NCBI GenBank assembly: GCA_036381255.1
Contig: DASVDG010000114.1
Span: 12,326 to 76,325, forward strand
Length of the DNA: 64,000 nucleotides
Reading direction: 5' to 3'
DNA from: Longimicrobiales bacterium
GTDB lineage: Bacteria > Gemmatimonadota > Gemmatimonadetes > Longimicrobiales > RSA9
How positions within the stretch are numbered: position 1 is the first letter of the stretch; every line of letters starts with the position of its first letter. Below the pieces are notes generated by a model that saw nothing but the letters and a program-made list of their open reading frames with translations, did no database searches and was not told the origin of the DNA. The position numbers were made by a program, and so were the translations under genes. This document shows positions 57,316 to 64,000 of the stretch, in pieces.

Positions 57316-59216
57316 CACGCCGTCTCGCGCACCGCCGACAGCTCGGCCCGCGCCGCCAGCGCCTCCGCCCGCGCCGCGATCCCCTCGGGCGTGAGGCCGA
57401 GCTCCTCCAACTGCTCCTTACGGCTCGCGTGGTCGATCAGCCGGTCGGGGACGCCCATCACGTCCACGCGCGGCACGACCCGCTCCGGCTCGCGTTCGCC
57501 GAGGACCCGCGCGATCATCGCGCCGAAGCCGTTGACGACCGTACCCTCCTCGACGGTCAGGACGGCCGCATGCCGCTCCGCCACCCAGTCCAGCGTTGCC
57601 TGGTCGATCGGCTTGAGGAACCGGCAGTTGACCACCGTCGCATCGAACCCCGCGGCTTCCAGCCGCCGCGCCGCCTCGAGCGCCGGCAGCACCATCGTGC
57701 CGACCGCCAGGATCGCGAGCCCGCGCCCGCGCCGCAGCACCTCCCAGGTGCCGTACTCCACCGGCGGGATCTCGCCGAGCGCCGGGACCGCCGCCGGCAC
57801 GTTGTCCCGCGGGTAGCGCAGCGAGAACGGGCCGACGTCCTGCTCGACGCCGAGCCGGAGCAGCGCGAGCATCTCCGCCCCGTCCTTCGGCGCCGTGACC
57901 GTCATCCCCGGCACCGCGAGCAGGTACGCGATGTCGTACAGCCCCATGTGCGTCGGGCCGTCGTTCCCGACCAGCCCGGCCCGGTCCATGGCGAAGACGA
58001 CCGGCAGGCCCTGGAGCGCGACGTCGTGGATGATCGAGTCGTACGCACGCTGGAGGAACGTCGAGTAGATCGCGACGACCGGGCGGATCCCCTCCGTGGC
58101 CAGCCCGGCCGCGAACGTCACCGCATGCCCCTCCGCGATGCCGACGTCGAAGAATCGCTCCGGATACGCCTCGCCGAACGCCGCCGTCCCCGTGCCACCC
58201 GGCATCGCCGCGGTGATGGCCGCCACCTCCGGCCGGCTCGCGCCCAGCTCGGTCAGCCCCTGGCCGAACACCTTCGTGTACGCCGGTAGGCCGGCCTTCT
58301 TCGCCATCTGCCCGCTCAGCTTGTCGAACGGCGATGCGCCGTGCCACGTCACCGGGTTCTCCTCGGCCAGCGCGAACCCCTTCCCCTTGCGCGTGATCAC
58401 GTGCACCAGGCGCGGGCCCGTCATCGTCCGGACGCTGTTGAACGTGTCCAGCAGCGCGTCCAGGTCGTGGCCGTCGACCGGGCCGAAGTACCGGAACCCG
58501 AGCTCCTCGAAGAGCGTGCCGGGAACCAGCAGGTTCTTCACGCTCTCCTCGACCTTGATCGCCAGGTCCTCGAACGCCGGCGCACGGTGCAACAGCCCCT
58601 TCAGCTCGTTGCGCACCCGGTTGTACAGCCGGTTCGTCGTGATCCGCGTCAGGTACTTGTGGATCGCGCCCACGTTCGGCGCGATCGACATCTCGTTGTC
58701 GTTCAGCACGACGACGAGGTCCCGGTCGATGTGGCCGGCGTTGTTCAGCGCCTCGTACGCCAGTCCGCACGTCATCGCGCCATCGCCGATCACCGCGACT
58801 ACGTCGTAGTCCTCGCGGTTCAGGTCGCGCGCCGTCGCGATCCCGAGCGCGGCCGAGATCGATGTCGCCGCGTGGCCCGCGCCGAAGACGTCGTACTCCG
58901 ACTCGTCCCGCTTCAGGAAGCCCGAGATCCCGCCCTTCTGCTTGATCGTCGGGAACCGGTCGTTGCGCCCCGTCAGGATCTTGTGCGGATACCCCTGGTG
59001 ACCGACGTCCCAGATCAGCTTGTCCCGCGGCGTGTCGAAGGCGTAGTGCAACGCGATGGTCAGCTCGACCACACCCAGCCCCGGCGCGAAGTGGCCGCCG
59101 ACCCGGCTGATCACGTCGACCATCCGCTCACGCACGTCCTGCGCGAGCTCTGCCAGCTCCGCGCGAGACAGCCCGCGAAGGTCTTCCGGTGTGTTGATCC
59201 GATCGAGAAGCGACAC
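57315..59216 (-). CDS. dxs: 1-deoxy-D-xylulose-5-phosphate synthase
   Basis: 633 aa. GTG start with AAAGGAGG upstream. GGHFAPGLGVVELT, GDGAMTCG and DRAGLVGNDGPTHMG motifs. Confidence 0.92.
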   Translation of the reverse strand: MSLLDRINTPEDLRGLSRAELAELAQDVRERMVDVISRVGGHFAPGLGVVELTIALHYAFDTPRDKLIWDVGHQGYPHKILTGRNDRFPTIKQKGGISGFLKRDESEYDVFGAGHAATSISAALGIATARDLNREDYDVVAVIGDGAMTCGLAYEALNNAGHIDRDLVVVLNDNEMSIAPNVGAIHKYLTRITTNRLYNRVRNELKGLLHRAPAFEDLAIKVEESVKNLLVPGTLFEELGFRYFGPVDGHDLDALLDTFNSVRTMTGPRLVHVITRKGKGFALAEENPVTWHGASPFDKLSGQMAKKAGLPAYTKVFGQGLTELGASRPEVAAITAAMPGGTGTAAFGEAYPERFFDVGIAEGHAVTFAAGLATEGIRPVVAIYSTFLQRAYDSIIHDVALQGLPVVFAMDRAGLVGNDGPTHMGLYDIAYLLAVPGMTVTAPKDGAEMLALLRLGVEQDVGPFSLRYPRDNVPAAVPALGEIPPVEYGTWEVLRRGRGLAILAVGTMVLPALEAARRLEAAGFDATVVNCRFLKPIDQATLDWVAERHAAVLTVEEGTVVNGFGAMIARVLGEREPERVVPRVDVMGVPDRLIDHASRKEQLEELGLTPEGIAARAEALAARAELSAVRETA

Positions 59217-59226
59217 CTGTCCTCCT

Positions 59227-59676
59227 TTAGGGGTGCAGCACCAGTGCCAGGGCGATGCCGTACGCCGTCCCCGTGAACACTTCCAGCGGCGTGTGCCCGA
59301 GGAGCTCGATCAGCCGCTCGCCCCCGATCACGTGGTGCGCCTTGAGGTCGTCGATCATTCGATTGAGGATCCGCGCCTGACGGCCCGCCGCCCGCCGGAT
59401 CCCCGCAGCGTCGTACATTACGATGAGAGAGAAGAACGCCGCAACGCCGAACACCGGCGAGCGCCAGCCCTCCTCGAGTCCGACGGCCGTCGCCAGCGCC
59501 GCCACCGATGCCGCATGGCTCGACGGCATGCCGCCGGTCCCGGTCAGACGCTGGAAGTCGATGCGACGCTGCACGATCAGCGTGCTCGTGAACTTGATGA
59601 GCTGAACCGTCGCCAGGGCGAGGACCGCAAGCACGAGGGGCGGATTCAGCGCGACGAGCGGTTGGAGCGTGCTCAC
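59227..59676 (-). CDS. divergent PAP2 / DUF212-family membrane protein
   Basis: GTG 59676 overlapping the ispA stop (GTGA). GGMPSSHAASVAALATAVG...IVMYDAAGIRR...GHTPLEV are the family hallmarks. Confidence 0.7.
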   Translation of the reverse strand: MSTLQPLVALNPPLVLAVLALATVQLIKFTSTLIVQRRIDFQRLTGTGGMPSSHAASVAALATAVGLEEGWRSPVFGVAAFFSLIVMYDAAGIRRAAGRQARILNRMIDDLKAHHVIGGERLIELLGHTPLEVFTGTAYGIALALVLHP

Positions 59677-60611
59677 CGGTCCCGCTCCACCGCGTAGCGC
59701 GCCAGCGCCTCCAGCGCCGGCGAGTCGATCCCCACCGCCCGCAGCGCCGCGACGGCGGCATCGGCCTCTTCCCGCGCCCGCCGCCGGGCGCCGTCCACGC
59801 CGAGCAGCGCCGGATACGTCGCCTTGGCCAGCGCCTCGTCGCGCCCGGCCGTCTTGCCCAGCGCGGCCGTGCTCCCCGTCACGTCCAGCACGTCGTCCGC
59901 GATCTGGAAGGCGAGGCCGAGGCGACGGCCGTAGGCGCCGAGCCCCTCGACGATCGCATCGTCCGCACCCGCCGCCACGCCGCCCATCCGCGGTGCGGCG
60001 GCCAGGAGTGCACCCGTCTTCCGGTCGTGGATCGCCGTGAGCGCCTCGATCGGGACGGTGCGCCCCTCCGCCTCCAGGTCCAGGAGCTGACCGCCGACCA
60101 TCCCGCCGCCGCCGGCCGCGGCGAGCAGCTCGCGCACGAGCCGCATCCGCACTTCGGGCGGCAGGCCGAGCCGAACGCCGCCCTGCTCGACGGCGCGCGC
60201 CGCGAGCGGGATCAGCGCGGCGCCGGCGACGACCGCCGCCACTTCGCCGAACTCGCGGTGCGTCGTCGGCCGGCCGCGCCGGAGATCGTCGTCGTCCATG
60301 CACGGCAGGTCGTCGTGCACCAGCGAGTACGTGTGGATCAGCTCGATCGCGCACGCGACGTCGTACACGCCGTCGGGCGCCGCGCCCGCATCGCCCGCCG
60401 CGCCGCCCCGCGCCGCGCGGTACGCGGCCACGCAGAGCACCGGACGCAGCCGCTTGCCGCCGGCGTCGAGCGCGTACCGGACCGGCTCGGCCACGGAGGC
60501 CGGGGCGCCGTCCAGCAGCGCGTCCAGCAGCCGCGCGCGCGCCGCCTCGATCGCCGACCGTTCCCGCTCCAGGTAAGCTGCAAGGGTGAAAACCGGCTGT
60601 GCTACGGACAT
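59673..60611 (-). CDS. ispA: (2E,6E)-farnesyl/geranylgeranyl diphosphate synthase
   Basis: First and second Asp-rich motifs LVHDDLPCMDDDDLRRG and FQIADDVLD. ATG 60611 (GTG 60614 possible) overlaps the xseB stop. Confidence 0.88.
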   Translation of the reverse strand: MSVAQPVFTLAAYLERERSAIEAARARLLDALLDGAPASVAEPVRYALDAGGKRLRPVLCVAAYRAARGGAAGDAGAAPDGVYDVACAIELIHTYSLVHDDLPCMDDDDLRRGRPTTHREFGEVAAVVAGAALIPLAARAVEQGGVRLGLPPEVRMRLVRELLAAAGGGGMVGGQLLDLEAEGRTVPIEALTAIHDRKTGALLAAAPRMGGVAAGADDAIVEGLGAYGRRLGLAFQIADDVLDVTGSTAALGKTAGRDEALAKATYPALLGVDGARRRAREEADAAVAALRAVGIDSPALEALARYAVERDR

Positions 60612-60865
60612 CACTCCTCGACGCGCTCCCCCGACTCCGCGACGGCGCCGCCCGGCGACTCGGCCGTGCCGTCGTCGATCAGGTGCTCGATCCGCAGCTC
60701 CGTCCGGCGGATCAGCTCCTGTGCCGCCCGCAGGTGGCCGATGCCCTCCTCGAACAGCCCGAGCGCCTCCTCGAGCTCGAGGTCCTCGCGCTCCAGCGCG
60801 GCGACGATCGTCTCCAGCCGGACGAGCCGCGCCTCCAGTCCGATCTTCCGCTCGCCTTCAGTCAT
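60611..60865 (-). CDS. xseB: exodeoxyribonuclease VII small subunit
   Basis: Start [25 protein letters not shown]....L.LEEAL.LFEEG at 60865. 84 aa. 8-nt overlap with xseA. Confidence 0.8.
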   Translation of the reverse strand: MTEGERKIGLEARLVRLETIVAALEREDLELEEALGLFEEGIGHLRAAQELIRRTELRIEHLIDDGTAESPGGAVAESGERVEE

Positions 60866-62102
60866 CTCGCCCCTTCGCGTCCGCCTCTTCCTCCACACCA
60901 TCGACGCGGCAGATCACGCGGCCGTCCACGACGCGCAGCCGGAACCGGCCGCCCGCCTCGAACTCCGCCGCCCGCCGCAGCACGCGGCCGTCATCGGCCT
61001 GCGGTACCGCGTACCCCCGGCGCAACGCCGCGAGCGGCGACAGCGCCTCCAGCTTGCCCGCGGCCTGGAGCAGCCGCTCCCGCTTCCGGCGCGACGCTTC
61101 CCGGACCGCCCGCACCAGCCCCGTGCGCAGAAGCATCAGCTCGCCGCGGCGCTCCGCCACGAGCTGCCGCAGCGCCGCGGGCATCCGCTCGCCGAGGTCC
61201 GCCAGGTGGCGCGCAAGCGCTCGCCCATCCGGCACCGCCGTCTCGGCCGCCGCCGAGGGTGTCGGCGCGCGCGCATCCGCCACCAGGTCGGCGATCGTCA
61301 CGTCCACCTCGTGGCCGACGCCGCTGATCACCGGGATCGGGCATTCGGAGATCGCCCGCGCGACGGCCTCCTCGTTGAACGCCCAGAGGTCCTCGACCGA
61401 GCCACCACCCCGCGCGACGATGACCACGTCCGCTCCGCCGTGCCGCGCGACGCGCTCGATCGCGCGCGCCACGTCCTCCGCCGCGCCGTCGCCCTGCACC
61501 TTCGCAGGCGAGACGACGACGCGGGTCCACGGCGCGCGCCGCTCGATCACGTGCAGGATGTCGTGCAGCGCCGCGCCGACCGGCGAGGTCACCACGGCGA
61601 CCGTCGCAGGCGAGCGAGGCAGCGACCGCTTCCGCTCCGGCGCGAGCAGCCCCTCGGCCTCCAGCCGGGCGCGCAGCTTCTCGAACGCCAGCCGCCACAG
61701 CCCGCCGGCGCCCTCGGCCTCCAGCTCGCGGACCACGAGCTGATAGTCGCCGCGCCGCTCGTACAGCGTGAGCGTCCCGAGGACGCGCACCTCCGTCCCC
61801 TCGTCGGGATCCGTCGGCAGGCGCTGCGCGTCGGACCGGAACATCACGCAGCGGAGCTGCGCCTCCGCGTCCCGGAGCGAGAAGTAGCAGTGCCCCGACG
61901 TGTGCCGTTTCCACCCGCTCACCTCGCCCGCCACCCATAGCGGAGGAAACGCGCCCTCCAGGAACTCCCGGACGAGCGCGTTCACTGCGGACACCGTGTA
62001 GGCCTGCCCGGATCCCGGGCCCGCGACGGCGACGCCCCTGGCGCCGGGACCGCCGGCGCCCGCGATCCCGAAGTCCGCCGCGGAGAAGAGATCGCGTCTC
62101 AT
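60858..62102 (-). CDS. xseA: exodeoxyribonuclease VII large subunit
   Basis: 414 aa. OB-fold N-terminus ([16 protein letters not shown]...[18 protein letters not shown]), [20 protein letters not shown] overlap with the folD stop. Confidence 0.88.
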   Translation of the reverse strand: MRRDLFSAADFGIAGAGGPGARGVAVAGPGSGQAYTVSAVNALVREFLEGAFPPLWVAGEVSGWKRHTSGHCYFSLRDAEAQLRCVMFRSDAQRLPTDPDEGTEVRVLGTLTLYERRGDYQLVVRELEAEGAGGLWRLAFEKLRARLEAEGLLAPERKRSLPRSPATVAVVTSPVGAALHDILHVIERRAPWTRVVVSPAKVQGDGAAEDVARAIERVARHGGADVVIVARGGGSVEDLWAFNEEAVARAISECPIPVISGVGHEVDVTIADLVADARAPTPSAAAETAVPDGRALARHLADLGERMPAALRQLVAERRGELMLLRTGLVRAVREASRRKRERLLQAAGKLEALSPLAALRRGYAVPQADDGRVLRRAAEFEAGGRFRLRVVDGRVICRVDGVEEEADAKGRDD

Positions 62103-63004
62103 CCGCCGCCCGGCTCCGAGCCGGCGGCGAGCCGCCGCGCCGCCTCGAGCGTGTTCCGCAGCAGGATCGTCCGGGTCATCGGTCCGACGCCGCCCGGGAC
62201 CGGCGAGATCGCCTCGGCGACCTCGGCCACCTCATCGTATGCGACGTCGCCGACCAGGCGATAGCCGCGCTCCGTCTCCGGCGCGTCCACGCGGTTCACG
62301 CCCACGTCGATCACGACCGCGCCGGGCTTCACCATGTCGGCGCGGATCAGTTCGGGCACGCCCACCGCGGCGACCAGGATGTCCGCCTCGCGCGTGACGG
62401 CGCCCAGATCGGGCGTCCGGCTGTGCGCCACCGTCACCGTGGCATCGCCGCCTCGACCCCGGCGCAGCAGCAGGAGCGCCAGCGGCTTGCCCACGATGTT
62501 CGACCGCCCGACCACCACGACTCGCCTGCCCGACGGGTCGTAGCCGCTGCGCAGCAGCATCTCGACCACGCCGGCCGGCGTGCACGGCGCCAGGACGTCG
62601 CGGTCTCCGATCGCGAGCCGGCCCACGTTCGTCGGGTGGAACCCGTCCACGTCCTTGCGCGGGTCGATCGCACGGATGACCCGGTCCTCGTCGATCCCCT
62701 TCGGCAGGGGGAGCTGCACGAGCACGCCGTGGATCGCCGGGTCCGCGTTCAGCCCGTCCACCACGCCGAGCAGCTCCGCCTCCGGCGTGTCCTCCGGCAG
62801 CGTGATCTGTCGCGAATGGAATCCGACCCGCTCCGCGTCCCGGTTCTTCATCCGGACGTAGACCTCGCTCGCCGGGTCGGTCCCGACCAGCACCGTCGCC
62901 AGTCCGGGCGGGTACCCGGTGGTGTCGCGGAACGCCGCCGCTCCCTCGGCCACCTCCGCGCGGATCGCCGCGGCGATCGCGTTGCCATCGATGATCTTCG
63001 CCAT
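62099..63004 (-). CDS. folD: bifunctional methylenetetrahydrofolate dehydrogenase/cyclohydrolase
   Basis: Start [12 protein letters not shown] at 63004 (GAGGGGAGG upstream). [20 protein letters not shown] and [15 protein letters not shown] motifs. Confidence 0.9.
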   Translation of the reverse strand: MAKIIDGNAIAAAIRAEVAEGAAAFRDTTGYPPGLATVLVGTDPASEVYVRMKNRDAERVGFHSRQITLPEDTPEAELLGVVDGLNADPAIHGVLVQLPLPKGIDEDRVIRAIDPRKDVDGFHPTNVGRLAIGDRDVLAPCTPAGVVEMLLRSGYDPSGRRVVVVGRSNIVGKPLALLLLRRGRGGDATVTVAHSRTPDLGAVTREADILVAAVGVPELIRADMVKPGAVVIDVGVNRVDAPETERGYRLVGDVAYDEVAEVAEAISPVPGGVGPMTRTILLRNTLEAARRLAAGSEPGGG

Positions 63005-63012
63005 GCCTCCCC

Positions 63013-64000
63013 TCAGCGGGCGAAGTCGACGGCCCGCGTCTCCCGGATCACGACCACCTTGATCTGACCCGGATATTGGAGCTCCTCCTCGAGCCGGCGC
63101 GCGATCTGCTCGCTCATGTCCGCCATCTCCGCGTCGTCCACGCGCTCCGGGTCGACCATCACCCGCACCTCGCGGCCCGCCTGGATCGCGAAGCACCGCT
63201 CCACGCCGGCGAAGCCCTGCGCGATCTCTTCCAGCTTCTCCAGCCGCTTCACGTACGTCTCGAGCATCTCCCGCCGTGCGCCGGGGCGCGCGCCGCTGAT
63301 CGCGTCCGCCGCCGTCACCAGAAACGTCTCCGGGTAGCGGTGCGGCTCCTCGTCATGGTGTGCCTTGATCGCGTTCAGCACGGGATCCGGCTCGTTGTAC
63401 TTCTTGCAGAGGTTCCACCCCAGCTCGACGTGCGTCCCCTCGTGCTCGTGCGTGAGGCCCTTGCCGATGTCGTGCAGCAACCCCATCCGCTTCGCCATCT
63501 GCGAGTCCAGCCCCATCTCGGCCGCCATGTTCCCGGCCAGGATCGCGACCTCCTTCGAGTGCTGGAGCTGGTTCTGACCGTACGACGTACGGAACTTCAA
63601 CCGGCCGAGCACCTTGACGATCTCCGGGTGCACGCCGTGGATCCCGAGTTCGTACAGCACCTCCTCGGCCGTCTGGATGATCGAGTCCTCGACCTCCTTG
63701 CGGCTCTTCTCGACCACTTCCTCGATGCGGCCGGGGTGGATCCGCCCATCGGCCACCAGCTTCTCGAGACTCAGGCGAGCCGTCTCGCGCCGGATCGGGT
63801 CGAAACCCGACAGGATCACTGCTTCCGGCGTGTCGTCGATGATGACGTCGATCCCCGTCGCCTGCTCGAACGCCCGGATGTTGCGCCCTTCCCGACCGAT
63901 GATCCGGCCCTTCATCTCGTCCGACGGCAGGCTCACCACGGAGACCGTCGTCTCCGCCGTCTGGTCCGCCGACATCCGCTGGATCGCGAGCGCGATGATG
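63013..64000 (-). CDS. rny: ribonuclease Y, C-terminal two-thirds (5' end outside the window)
   Basis: KH domain ([22 protein letters not shown]) and HD domain (LLHDIGK...). Frame stays open past the track M at 63975 to the window edge (...[13 protein letters not shown]). Confidence 0.9.
   Translation of the reverse strand, partial: IIALAIQRMSADQTAETTVSVVSLPSDEMKGRIIGREGRNIRAFEQATGIDVIIDDTPEAVILSGFDPIRRETARLSLEKLVADGRIHPGRIEEVVEKSRKEVEDSIIQTAEEVLYELGIHGVHPEIVKVLGRLKFRTSYGQNQLQHSKEVAILAGNMAAEMGLDSQMAKRMGLLHDIGKGLTHEHEGTHVELGWNLCKKYNEPDPVLNAIKAHHDEEPHRYPETFLVTAADAISGARPGARREMLETYVKRLEKLEEIAQGFAGVERCFAIQAGREVRVMVDPERVDDAEMADMSEQIARRLEEELQYPGQIKVVVIRETRAVDFAR

Overview
High-GC (about 70%) bacterial chromosomal segment from a diderm organism (it carries outer-membrane and TonB-receptor genes). 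It is transcribed almost entirely from the minus strand; only a tandem-USP gene and a TonB-dependent receptor are on the plus strand. I support 57 protein genes, 3 tRNAs (none encodes CCA), several intrinsic terminators, two promoter candidates and ArgR operators. Most long ORFs in the six-frame track are GC-driven artefacts or upstream over-extensions. Real starts were reassigned from protein N-termini, Shine-Dalgarno (SD) motifs and the many 4-nt ATGA/GTGA stop-start overlaps.

Gene content is mainly core metabolism in tight operons:
- purM, a PfkB kinase and argS
- an acyl-CoA carboxylase and methylmalonyl-CoA mutase cluster
- aroA and cmk, then a 1.27-kb spacer, then rpsA
- rnz
- a non-oxidative pentose-phosphate operon with split transketolase and a class I aldolase
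- argR-argCBD-NAGS-argGH
- a Wsp/Che3-like chemosensory cluster ending in a hybrid histidine kinase
- a GH125-like gene, a small ORF and glgA
- the conserved block recN-nadK-dxs-ispA-xseBA-folD-rny

No transposase, integrase, CRISPR/cas, restriction or toxin-antitoxin genes were recognised.

The most unusual items are:
1. A compositionally foreign four-helix-bundle (23S-rRNA-IVS-protein family) gene, bracketed by inverted tandem heptamer arrays, sits between the carboxyltransferase gene and accC. One array touches the accC start codon.
2. Two diverged copies of an unrecognised two-gene module bracket the arginine operon. Each pairs an internally duplicated helical protein with a small G/Y/P/R-rich or BON protein, and the small proteins share an N-terminal DIGY peptide.
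3. The oversized cmk-rpsA spacer contains a degenerate repeat family and a decayed coding remnant.

All family assignments rest on motif recognition by eye. No database or structure searches were run.
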